From Hyphochytrium catenoides (taxonomy: Eukaryota; Protista; Hyphochytriomycota), in assembly GCA_900088475.1 (NCBI GenBank), contig FLMG01002493.1:55065-119064 (forward strand): a stretch of 64,000 nt of DNA, read 5' to 3'. The position numbers and the translations under genes were made by a program. The notes below the pieces were generated by a model. That model was not told the origin of the DNA and did no database searches. It saw only the letters and a program-made list of their open reading frames with translations. Below, piece after piece: positions 48,764 to 61,200 of this stretch; position 1 is the first letter of the stretch; each line of letters starts with the position of its first letter.

Positions 48764-49639
48764 GTTAAACGCTCTTACGACTAGATGACACCCAGGGGTG
48801 TGTCAACCCAATAGATAGATCTAATGTCTTCTCCCGCCTCTGACTAGTGCGATAAGGGTCCCGAATTGCACGCCCTTGCTGTGAAGCCACATGGATTCCT
48901 CAGCTCTATCGAAAAGCTGCTCTGGAATGGGAAGGGCTGCGATAGGTTTGATACGATCTAAACATAAGTGTCATTGTATACATATTCTGAAAGGCCCAGT
49001 GGACACTATTGCGCGCGGAGAAGATCCTAAAAAGAAAAGCCATGAGTTTGCCTTTCTAAAGGCTCTTTGCTTTGAGGCACCGCGTATTCGCAGCCTCCAG
49101 TTGTCCGGAAGGACACAATGCTATGATTTTCAAGCCATAGATTTATCCAGAGCTCCCATCACCGCCATGCGGCCGTCCATGAGTCAATTCATCGGAGAAA
49201 CAAAGAAAGATCTTGCCAATCACCGCCGTCCGGCCCAGAGGTACGTTAGCGGTAATTATTATCAGTAGTAGTATCCCTTAATCGCCCCTCTTAGCCTAAG
49301 TAGACAATAATAACACGAGCCTTCAACATTTCCCTGCCGGCATCTTCTGTGTCCTCAGTCCCTCACTCTGTCCTTCCCTCTCTGTCGCCTCTGTTTCCCT
49401 CTTTCAGCCACGCTTTGCAACGCATCTCTCCTGCCATAGCCTGTCCACGGTCAGCTCCTGCCAGCACCAGTTACTCAGGCTTCGATCACTTACTTCTCTT
49501 CCTTCTTCCAGTAGAGACGGTAACAGAGCTGATTTGCAGTCGCTCTGAAGTCTCGCCACGGACGAAGAAGTAAATTGTTGAGGCGTTAGCCGGTCTGAGA
49601 CAGAGATACATCTCTGTACATCCAGCCTCGCGATCAACC

Positions 49640-52600
49640 ATGGCGGTAGGCGATTGCTTCCACTTTGCTGGAGGTCCAGAGGGTACGATTAGCCCGATGG
49701 ACCCTGACATCCTGGAGAAGCCCTTCGTTCGAGGGGAAACGGACATTTTTATGTACCTTGGGGCTTTGATGCAGAAGAGAATCCTCTTCTTTGACGGGGC
49801 TATGGGCACCATGATCCAGAAGCACAAGCCTACTGAAGAGGATTACAGAGGCGAACGGTTCAAGGATATTGAGGTGCGGCGTCCTACTACTTGCGATTCT
49901 TCATCTGTCTTCTTGCTTCAGGCTCGGCCTTAACTAGGCTGTGCGGTTGATTAGGTTGACGAACCCGTTATGCTCTTTCTTGCCTCCACCTTCTGTTAGA
50001 CATATTGTCTTGCAGTCTCTGATGTCTCAGAGGGTATTATAGAACCTGACTTGCGCTTGTCGTGGTGTAGGAACTTGTGAAGGGCAACAACGATCTGCTT
50101 TCCCTAACGCAGCCAGAGATGATTAAAGGCATTCATCGCGCTTACCTAGACGCGGGAACTCAGATGCTGGGCACCAACACCTTCTCTGGCACCTCCATTG
50201 CTCAGGCAGACTATAAGATGGAGCACATTGTATATGAACTCAACTATGAGAGCGCAAAGATTGCCAGGGAGGTTGCTAACGAATACACGGCAAAGAATCC
50301 CCTTAGGCCCATCTTTGTTGCCGGCTCCATCGGTCCAACCAATCGGACAGCCTCAATTTCTCCTGATGTCGAGGATCCAGGCTTCAGAAACGTCACGTTC
50401 GATCAGCTAGTGGAAGCCTACTACGAACAAGTGACTGGGCTAGTGGATGGAGGGTCCGACATCCTTCTGGTTGAGACAATCTTTGACACTCTAAACGCTA
50501 AAGCTGCAGTCTTTGCCATAGACAAGTACTTTGAAGATACTGGAAAGAATCTTCCTATCTTCATATCTGGAACCATTGTCGATATGAGCGGTAGGACGCT
50601 CTCTGGACAGACCACCGAGGCTTTTTATGTCTCTCTCCGCCATGCGAAGCCCTTCTGCATCGGCCTGAACTGCGCACTTGGGGCCAAGCAAATGAGGCCG
50701 TTCCTCCAACGACTGTCAGCGGTAAGTAGCTCTGTATACTGTCAAAAGGGGATGGGGAAACTGCCGTACTCCAAAGGATCTTTTGTTCCGTTTGTTCTCT
50801 CCGAGGCCTGGATGGTTGTTCTAGGGCTTGGTGTTACTTAGGTGTCCTTACTTTTGACTATCCTAGGTTGCTGAGTGCTTTGTTGGCGTGTATGCCAATG
50901 CTGGATTGCCGAACGCAATGGGCGAGTATGACCAAGATCCAGAGTCAATGGCAACAGACATCAGTGATTTTATCACGGATAAACTCGTTAACTTTCTAGG
51001 TGGCTGCTGCGGGACGACTCCCGACCATATTAACGCCATGTATCGCCACTTCAAGGACGTGACACCCCGTCCGCTGCCAAATAAGACGACGCCAACTATG
51101 TACCTTTCAGGTGCGCTTCTATTTCCATACTTTGGGGTGGTTAGACGGAATCGAGAGTGTAGAGTACTGTGCTTACCTGTTGGTGGAGGGAGATAGGTCA
51201 AGTGTCTTTTTGAGCTTGCTGGCTAACATGCCGTACCATGTCCAGGTCTGGAACATCTAGTGGTTTCAAAGGATCGTTTCCGCTTCCTAAACGTGGGAGA
51301 GCGCTGCAACATCGCGGGTTCGATTCAGTTTAAGAAGATGATTCTTGCCGGGGACTACCAAAAAGCTATGGATGTCGCGAAGAAGCAAGTGGAGGACGGA
51401 GCAATGGTAATTGACGTCAATGTCGATGACGGCATGTTGGACGGCGTCAAGGCTATGGAGCGATTCCTCAAGATTGCAGTGACTGAGCCAGAAGTATCCA
51501 AGGTGCCATTTATGGTAGATTCTTCCAAGTTTTACATTTGCGAGGCGGGCCTTAAGTGTGTCCAGGGCAAGTGTATCGTCAACAGTATCTCTCTGAAGGT
51601 GGGAGAAGAGGAGTTTAAGCGCCATGCGAGGATTGTCAAGCGCTACGGTGCCGCTGTTGTCGTGATGGCCTTTGATGAGCAGGGCCAAGCAGCGACGGAG
51701 GAAGAAAAGGTGCGCATCTGCAAGCGCTCTTACGATATCTTGGTGAATGAGGTTGGCTTTCCTCCGGAGGACATCGTCTTCGATCCCAACATCCTTACCA
51801 TCGCTACGGGCCTGGAGGAGCATAACAATTATGCTGTTGACTTCATCAAGGCCACCGAGCGCATCAAGAGAGATTGCCCCCATGCAAAGATTAGTGGTGG
51901 CGTTTCTAACCTTTCTTTCGGGTTTAGAGGTGTAAATGTGATCAGAGAGGCTATGCACAGCGTCTTTCTCTACCACGCTATCAACGCAGGCATGGATATG
52001 GGCATTGTTAATGCCGGCATGCTTCAAGTTTATGACGACATCCCCAAGGACCTCCTTAAGCTAGTGGAGGATGCAGTTCTCAACAAGCATTCGGGTGCCA
52101 CGGAGGCTCTTCTGGAGCGCTCCCTTATTGAGAAGGAGAAAGCGGAGGCTGCCAAGAAGGGCGGCGTTGCCGTTGTCAAACAGGCTTGGAGAGAGCAACC
52201 GGTTGAAGAACGTCTTACTCATGCTTTGGTCAAGGGCATTGATGAGTTCATAAATGAGGACGTGGAGGAGGCAAGGAAGACGGTTGATGCTCCTCTCAGG
52301 GTCATTGAAGGACCCCTCATGGCTGGGATGAACGTTGTCGGAGATCTTTTTGGAGCGGGCAAGATGTTCTTGCCTCAGGTTATCAAAAGTGCTCGAGTGA
52401 TGAAGAAAGCTGTGGCTTACTTGCTTCCATTCATGGAGGAGGAGAAGAAGAGGAAGCTGGAGGAGATGGGAGTCACTGCTGAGGCTGATGATGACTCGAT
52501 GTACGCAGGGAAGGTCCTGCTCGCCACTGTGAAGGGAGATGTTCACGACATTGGGAAGAACATTGTAGGCGTGGTTCTTGGTTGCAACAACTATAAGATC

Positions 52601-54831
52601 ATTGATATGGGAGTGATGGTGCAATGTGAGGACATTATCAAGGCTGCCAAAGAAAACAAGGTCGACGTGGTAGGCCTCTCTGGCCTCATTACTCCTTCTC
52701 TTGATGAGATGGTGTTTGTGGCCAAGGAGTTTGCCAGGTAGGGCATTGTCTCCTGAATTTGCCTTCAGTTCTACTACTCTTTCATTGACAGCTACCCGGC
52801 CTGTGCATCTTCACCGTCCCTGAGTCTCCTGCCTGCACAATCCGCAAGCCAACCACTGAATGATGGCCCAACTTTCTTTATCTTCATTGAAGAACTGCAT
52901 TAACCTTTCCATTTTCTTTCACAAAGTTCTTACTAATGACTCTTCCTTCGCTCTAGGGCTGGATTGAAGCAACCCATCTTGATTGGAGGTGCCACGACCT
53001 CTAAGATGCACACCGCCGTGAAGATCGCCCCGCAGTACAGCACCCCGGAACATCCAGTCATCCATGTTCTTGACGCCTCTAGAAGCGTGGTCGTGGTTGG
53101 AAGCCTGCTGAACGAGGAAGAAAGAGAGGAGTACGTGCAGGAGATTATGGATGAGTACGAAGAACTAAGGGAGGAACACTATGCCTCACTGGATGATAGG
53201 AATATGAAGGTGAGGAAGAAGGCTGCCGCAGTTAGATGGGAGATGTACTACTCGCTATTGCATTCACTGGCACCACTCTCTTGCCACGTGCTCTTCGTTG
53301 CTCCCACAACGTATATTTCCCTATCTTCTCTGCATGGTCCTTCGGAGTCCCTTCTTTTAGTTTGCTGTTCTCTCCTGGTTTTAATCTCTCTCTAGGTTCG
53401 TGACTTACGACTTCGTCCGCTCGTCTTTCTGTCATTGGCCTTTCTTCCTTTTCTTACCCTTTCCTCAATTCTTAGACGCTGGATGAAGCTATCAAAAATC
53501 GTATGAACATCAATTTCAGCGCTAATCCTCCAGCGCCGCGGCCTAAGAACCTAGGAATTCACGTGGTCAATAACTACACTGTGGAAAGCGTTGTTCCTTA
53601 TATTGACTGGAACCCTTTCTTCCAAGTATGGGAGCTGAGGGGAAGGTACCCCAATCGTGGTTACCCGAAGGTAAGGAGCTGCGTATTCTACCTTTCTCTC
53701 TCCTTTTTGTTCTCTTTTTATCGAGCGTTTTCTATCGCTCATAACGTGGCACTCTGACCTCTATACTCCTTGCAGATCTTTAATGATGAGACCGTGGGCG
53801 AGGAGGCAAAGCGTCTATTTGACGAAGCCCAAGAGATGTTGAAGAAAATCATTGAGATGAATGCATTTACTCTTCGTGGAATTTATGGTCTCCTCCCTGC
53901 TAATCGTGTTGGTAAGCGCTATGTTCGTTCGACTCTTTCTATGCCTTTCGTCGAGAGCGCTTCTGTTGTTCTCTTTCCCGATTTATTTAGGAAGTGCTGA
54001 AACTGACTCTCCTCAAACAGGTGAGGATGTGGAGATTTATGCGGACGACAATCGGGAGATGGTGCGGGCCAAGTTCTGCATGCTTCGTCAGCAGCAAGAA
54101 AAGGAGAACGATGATCCATACCTCTCTCAGGCAGACTTCATTGCCCCCAAGGAGAGTGGTGTTCCTGACTACATGGGAATGTTTGCTGTGGGATGCTTTG
54201 GGGTGGATGTACTAGCCCAGGAATATAGCAGCAAGCATGACGATTATAACAAGATCCTCGTGCAGGTGCGTGGCTTAGAGAAGCAAAGCTATTGCTGGGG
54301 ACACTTCTCCGTCCTCCTCCTTCTTGTCTTGCTATATCTGATCTTGCAGTGCTTGAGAGTCTAGTGGTCTTGTAACCTTCTCTTACCACCATTGTATGAC
54401 CTTACTCTCTTTTTCAGGCCCTTGGTGACAGGGTTGTTGAGGCCTTTGCTGAGGTTCTTCATCGTGATATTCGTCGGGATTTCTGGGGCTATTCGACCTC
54501 TGAGGACTTGGACACCACGGACCTGCTGAAGATCAAATATCAGGGCATTCGACCTGCCCCGGGCTACCCTTCCCAGCCAGACCACACTGAAAAAAGGACG
54601 ATGTGGAATTTGATGAAGGTGCAGGAGGAGACAGGCATCGAGCTCAGTGATAACCTTGCCATGCTTCCTGCCTCCAGCGTTAGTGCCCTCGTCTTTGCGC
54701 ATCCGGAGTCGCAGTACTTTGCGGTTGGTAAGGTTGCTAAAGACCAGGTGGAGAGCTATGCCGCTCGCAAGGGTCTTTCCATCGAAGAGACAGAGAAGTG
54801 GCTCAGGCCCATCCTCAACTATGATGCTTGA
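49640..54831 (+). CDS. MTR: Cobalamin-dependent methionine synthase (all four modules)
   Basis: [102 protein letters not shown]; stop TGA at 54829-54831. Confidence 0.99.
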
Positions 54832-55641
54832 AGAGCGCAAGGCTTAGCATCGCCGCACACACAAGATGCCGGATAAGGCTCCCGACATAGGAGGTACTTG
54901 CGCGGATGGAACAAGGGGCGTTTGTAGGGCTTGTGCACCATGCCAAGCCTCTTGCGCGCTTTCTATCCCCGCAGTGCTCCAGTTGCCACCTGATCGCCGC
55001 CACATGGCGGTGATCAAGTCGCGGCTGTCCTCCTCAGGCTAGCATTAGGCCGGCATCCACTTTAAACTGAGCTAATGAAAGTTCTCTTGCGGCTTAGTTC
55101 TCTTGCTACCTCTACTCTATGGGAATATGCATATAGAAGAGAGAGAGAACAGAAGACAGAGTTGAAAGAACAAAAGAGATGCAAAGATAGAAGAAGGAAG
55201 GGAAATAAAGAGACAAGAGCTAGGAAGACTTGAGCTCTTTCTCTCCTCTCTGTCCTCTGCAGGCACCATCATCATCATCATGAAGAGTCAAAAGCTGAGC
55301 CTCAAGCAATAGCTTTTAGTTAGATGAAGAAGAAGGGAAGAAGAGCTGGAGGAGGATTATCAACTTCGTAGTATGAAGTACTCTACAAGCCATCCTACGA
55401 CATTTACTGGTGATAGATGGTTGCAAATGCTATAGAGATGGTCAGATAGTGCTATCGCTGCTGGATTGCCCTTTGGTGGGGTTGTCCACATCCCCCAGCC
55501 TTTCTGTAAAAGGTAGGCGATTTGAAGGCAGAAGCGTAATACGACTATCCTAGGATAAGAGCCTTCTTCACATCATCCAACGCCTGCATCCGTATCTAAT
55601 ACCCATGGATAATATGGGTGCTCTTGTTCTTGCCTTGCTTT

Positions 55642-55698
55642 GATTACGGGTGCTTTCCTTCTTATGTAATAAGAGTACCCATATGGATACCCGTAATC
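55642..55698. repeat. 10-bp perfect inverted repeat within a taccc/gggt-rich patch
   Basis: gattacgggt (55642-55651) ... acccgtaatc (55689-55698). Confidence 0.7.
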
Positions 55699-55987
55699 TG
55701 GCCGTGGCTTCAACTTTCCCCTTTGAGAAGGGGCCGACAGATGTCCAAGACAGAGAAGGAAAGAGAAGCTCAACGGACCGCCAGCACTTGTTCTCATGAC
55801 AGCTGCGCCCTCGCTCCCTCGCTCCACCAGCTCCAGAATCTTCTTACTCTCTGCCCGCAGAGACCTTTCTTCCTCCGTCTGTCACTCTACAGTTGGTGAA
55901 GCGCCACAACGTACTCTGCATACCGTGAAACCATCACGAGCTTTCACATCTTTTGTCACGTGCCGCATTTAAGTTTCTGCAGTCAAC

Positions 55988-57970
55988 ATGACGAAGCTCA
56001 AGCTTGAAGGTGCGAAGAGAAACCTCCGCCTGGTCGGTGGACTGTCAGCGTTTTGACTAACTTCAACAAAAACTTGGCATTTGGCAGGGTGCTTTACAGC
56101 GTTGGTGACTCCATTCACTGAGGATGGCAGCGAAGTGGACTACGAGCAGCTCAGGGCTCTCGTAGATTCACAGATTGAGGAAGGGGTGAATGGCCTCGTA
56201 CCTGTAAGCCTGAGATGGTCCACGTCGTCGCTCTACCCCAGTGTTCTAATTGGCCTCCTTTCATTTAGATGGGCACCACTGGTGAGAGCCCTACCTTGAG
56301 CCATGACGAGCATGATGCTGTTATTGCTGCTGTCGTGAAATACACGCGCGGACGGGTGCCTGTCATCGCAGGCACTGGTTCCAACAGCACCGCCGAAGCA
56401 GTGCGCCTCACCCAGTACGTACTAAACTCGCCCAATCAGTGTATGAGATGCTGACGGTGAAGTTCCCTCTAATGCTCAGGGCGGCCAAGGACGCCGGTGT
56501 CGATGCGTGTCTTTCAGTTTGCCCGTATTATAACAAGCCTACCCAGACTGGGCTGTACGAACACTTCAAGAAAGTAGCAGAGGTAAGCGGTAAAGCTAAA
56601 AGACGGCGCATTGAGCTAGAAGAAGAGGAAATGGCGGCTTCAATCTACATCTGAGTGGGCAGGTAGTGGTTGGATTAAGGGAGGATGGACCCTGAGAGGA
56701 GTGGTTGGAGTAAGGGAGGATTGACCCTGAGAGAAGAGAGTAACGGGGAGGCTAGTGGGCAGTAGGGACCATGGAGTTGGTGTTCATTGTTGAGCTGTGG
56801 TACAACCCTCACATTGTCTTGAGGCGAAGCAAGGTCATGGCTGAGGCCTGGCTGTAGAGGAAGCTTGCCTATCTGCCAGATCAAGACAGAAGGATATAGG
56901 AAGAGAGGCGCTGACGGTTTGCAGCCGCAGGCACTAGGGGAGCTACTGTACACGCTTTCTAATACGTCCAATAGGTCGGTTTGCCGGTAGTCTTATACAA
57001 TATTCCGGGCAGAACAGGGATCAACCTGCTACCAGAGACTGTTGCAAAGCTGGCGCAGCTGCCGAACATTGTCGCCATCAAGGAAGCGACAGGCTCCGTC
57101 GAACAGGTGGGTTGGAACACTGACAGCCGGTCAGTCGATGCCAGTGGACCTAGTATTTTCTTCAAACGGAGGTTTTCGTCCTTCATCTGGGTTGTGCCAC
57201 ACCTTACTGCCGACTGAAGGCTAGTTTGCCAAAGTGTACTCACGATCTGGCTGTATCTTTGTATACATCCAGTCTTCCGAGATTGCGGCGCTATGCGATA
57301 TCACGATCCTTTCTGGCGATGACTCCCTGACTCTCCCGTTAATGGCCGTCGGTGCCAAGGGCGTGATCAGTGTGCTGTCCAACCTCGGTAAGCGGAAGTG
57401 CATCTTTGGCAATTTTAAAATCTAAAAGAGATCGTTCTCCTCTTTGAGTTCAAACAACCAGCAGTCCGCTAATATGAAATCTGGTTCGCAGCTCCCAAGA
57501 AGGTATTGGAGATCACCGATGCCTGTCTTAAGGGCGATTATGAGCAGGCTCGCAAGGCTCATCTTGCCAACGTAAGTGTTATGAAGGCGAACAAGAGGTG
57601 GCATAGCAATGCAATAGACCAGATATTATTTATGGCGCAAGTCTTTGCGCAACGAACTACTTCCTTATGCCCTTCGGCCAGAGAGAGGGGATCGACGGTT
57701 AGGGAGATAAACCACCATTTAAGGAATATAACGGACGTGTCTCAGGGACCGAGGGTAATCTTTATTTCTGACTGCTCTTCATGTCTGTTCTCTATATCCC
57801 AGCTGTCGCTTATGAAGACTATGTTTGTGGAGACAAACCCGCAGCCGGTGAAGTACGCAATGGAGCTACAAGGCAGAATTCGTGCAGTTTGCCGCCCTCC
57901 CTTGGGCACCATGACACCTGAGGGGAAAGAAAAGATCAAGAAGGCTTTGGTGGCCCACAACCTTCTTTAA
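55988..57970 (+). CDS. dapA: 4-hydroxy-tetrahydrodipicolinate synthase (DHDPS)
   Basis: [65 protein letters not shown] over ~8 exons. Confidence 0.98.
56665..56734. repeat. Near-exact 35-bp tandem repeat in the long dapA intron
   Basis: agtggttggattaagggaggatggaccctgagagg / agtggttggagtaagggaggattgaccctgagaga. Confidence 0.9.
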
Positions 57971-58299
57971 ATAGAGATTCTGACACGTTCATGAGAGAAA
58001 GAAGGTTGCAGAGCAACGCTGGGATGAGGGTCCCATTTCCATGGAAATGTACCAAGACTTCGGTATCAGAGGGCAAAGAAGGGCGTGGGCTAGCCGCCAA
58101 TGATAGATGGAACATGTCAGAAGATTTGCTATGTGAGGCTCAGGAGGGCAGCTCTACTAGTCCTTTACAAACGCAGTTAGCAACCTTGGTATAGCTTAAT
58201 GAACCGACCTCTTCTGTCAGACTTACATTCAGGCCCTACACTGAGACTGAAGAGTGACACAGTCATATGCGCTATCTGCCTTCATTATCTCGTTTATCC

Positions 58300-61200
58300 C
58301 TAAGGCATAATCCCATTAGAAAACTTCTGGAAGTTGTCATATTGCCGAGTATAATAGTTGTTGTTGCTCTTCTTGATCAGGGTCAGCACATGTGCTACTG
58401 TCTCTTTCTTAGTCATATAGGTCTTGAACCTCCCCCTCAGCTTGGTCAAGATGTAGGCAACATCCTTCCCTGCGAAACAAGGAAAAGGACTCTGGTGGGC
58501 CATGATTTCCACCAGCGTTAGAAGCTCATCTGCTCTCTTTTGCAATGCTAGAAAGCCACGTGTGCAGAGAGTGACAAACTCTTGAAACCGATCACTCTCT
58601 GTGCTACCCATGAGCTCCACCATCTCCGCCGTGAGTTTGAAGGGCGCCGTTTCAATGCTCCAGCTGCCACCAGGGGCGTGCCCCAGAATGAACCCGAAGT
58701 CAATGTGAATCATGTGCCCAACGTTATCTAGCATAATGTTTCCATTGTGCCTATCCTTGACTTGTAANNNNNNNNNNNNNNNNNNNNNNNNNNNNNNNNN
58801 NNNNNNNNNNNNNNNNNNNNNNNNNNNNNNNGAAACAGCATTTGTCAATGTCTCCACGAGTCCAGCGGTAGAGGAGGTCGCAATGATGCGGTAGCAATGA
58901 ACCCAAAGGGGCAAGTTGGCAGCTTGAAAAATGTCGAAGAATTTTTGAACTAATTGGAGAAGGAAGACCTCTTGTCTGAGGTCATCGTTGCTTTTAGCTA
59001 TCATTGACACGATGTCCCAGCCCGGAAGGTGGCCAAGAGGAGAGGCAGCTTTGATCCTCGCTTTCTTATGGTCCCAACTTTCTCCGAAGGCTGCCTCCAA
59101 GTCCTTGTCATGCATAGCCTTCTCCTCCTCGGACAGCTTGCCCTCGACGTTTGCAAATGATTCTGGCACATCAAACTTGTCCTTACTGCCATGACGTGTG
59201 GGTTTGGTTGCATCCTCTCTGCCAGCACCGCTACCTCTGTGGCCACTGTCAGTGGAATCCATTCGCAGTGATCCCAAAGCAGCACTGAAATCGTGAACGT
59301 CATCCCCGAAGTCCGAAGCTGATGCGATGCTCCCTGCGTCTGTGACAGCGTCAAGCTTGCCTGAGTTGTCGCCTTCCGATGTGGACGAGTGCTTCAGAAA
59401 CGACATGATCCCGCCGCTCTCATCTGCCCCTCCTTTGCCTCCCGCTCCTGTCCCTGTGAGAAGTGTCGAGAGGCCATTGGGGCTGTTTTGGCTGATAAGC
59501 AGACCTACATCATCGTCATCTCCCTCCACATCTGGCAAGCCCTTGGACGGCTTTGGGAAGACTAATCTACCAGAACTGGATCGAGAGCCTTCAGGATAGG
59601 AGGAAGAAGACTCTCTAGGACTTTGAACGTCACCTCGCACAACCTCAAAGATGATCATAGTAGGCGCTCTTGCCCTCGTAGAAAAGACGGTACCCTCCTT
59701 CTCAGGGATTCTGACCACTCGAGCGAAGGAGTCTGAGGCCTTGCACAATGGGATGTACGCCATATCTGGGAGCTTCAAGTTTTGAACTTCAGGAGGAAGA
59801 TGCTCTTTCCTTGCGCTCACGGGTTGAACAAAGCGTAGTCTCTCAGCAAGATCTGTCAAATCTTTAATGAAGTTCTTTTCTGCCTGGAAGTATTGAGAAA
59901 TAACCTGCTTGTCTGCTTCTGTCAGTGTCCTTGGGCGAGTGACTCCTTTCTCTGTTATCATACTCCATTGATGTCTGCTCACCCCCTTTGGCGTCAGAAG
60001 ATGCTGCTGAAAGCGGGAAAGCTCTGAGAAGAGAACCTCGTCCTCGGTGTAACGCATCCCTAGCTCTGAAGTTTTGCGAGGAGGTCCAGCGGTTGCACTT
60101 CCTGCATAGCCATAGGCCTTTGGTCTAGTCTTCTTATAATGCTCGAGCTGGTGAAGAAGCTCCTCAATTGTCTGAGCCTGTACGTCAGACCCCACAGGAG
60201 GCCCTACCCGGTTTTGTCTGTATCCTCGGCCGCTCTGCTTGTAGGACCACCGATCTCCCATGATGGATTGTTCCACCAGCAGCATGAGGCGGATAATCCT
60301 AGGAAATTTTGAAGTAACCTCCTTTGGAGCTGTGGGTTGCAGAGTGTCCTCGAGAGCGCCCTGTAACTGCCAAACGAGCTGGAGGGCAAGATGGATGGAG
60401 CGAATCGAGGTAGAGACTATGAGATCCTCCAGCCAAAAGAGCTTCTTCAAGTCGAAAAAGATAGGAATGCGTAGATAGGCATGTATAATCTGCGGCCAAT
60501 AGAACTCGACGTCGTCGATGTTCGTGAAAGAAAGCTTCAACAGCTGCTCTACGATGGGCTTGAAGAGGGAAACATCTTTGGAAACATGCCGGTGAAGGAG
60601 AACCACTGCCTCTGCCACTCCGAATCCTGGAGAACGAAACTCCTTGTGAAGAGACAGAATCTCCATGTCAAGGGCGACCCCTCTGTCCTTGGCAACCTCG
60701 TCCTGATACCTTAAATCTGCCTGCAGAAGTTGCTGCAGTTCGTCCATGCTTATGTCTCCACGCTTGTACATTTCTAGGGCAATTGCACCGGCACCACCGC
60801 CCGATAGCTGGCTGGCTTGATGGAGTTCTAAGGGACAATCGGGGTTCAACGCCTCAGGATAGATGCAGGTTCCGGCATGAAATCGGCCTGCCATTGCCCG
60901 TATATAGTTGATAAAGCGCTGAGTGTTAAAGCAGTCGTCACACACCAGGACAGGAAGAGAGATCCCCAGATGCAAAAGTGGAAGTTCATTTGTCACATGC
61001 TTCTCGTTGAACTTCAGGCCGCAATTTTTGCACTTCACCGTGGCTTGCAATTCAGAGATGGGACAGACTGCGGCTGCCTCCTTTCCGTCCTTCACCTTCT
61101 CGCCAGTGGTAGAGGGAGGGGGAGGCGGCAAGGACGAAGAGGAGGCAGTACTGGCTGAATCGGCTTGTGAGGAGCTAGTAGAGGGTGAGAGCACCGAAGA

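Noticed and set aside
48891-49268. 125-aa ORF between TRAPPC9 and MetH
   Set aside because: No recognisable motif or coding-like composition; it lies in expected UTR/promoter space.
51287-52624. Long antisense ORFs over MetH (and similar ones over RPSA, the CAP genes and PI4K)
   Set aside because: Shadow ORFs caused by codon bias on the coding strand.
55573-55827. Tyr/Gly-rich small ORF (GYPYGYSYY)
   Set aside because: The composition is explained by the taccc/gggta palindromic DNA, and there is no other support.
10724-56734. 33-50 bp repeats as CRISPR-like arrays
   Set aside because: Each has only two copies, they are unrelated to each other, there are no spacer series or cas genes, and the context is eukaryotic introns or intergenic DNA.
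49640-57970. Bacterial contamination or recent HGT of metH-dapA
   Set aside because: Both genes carry many spliceosomal introns matching the neighbouring genes.
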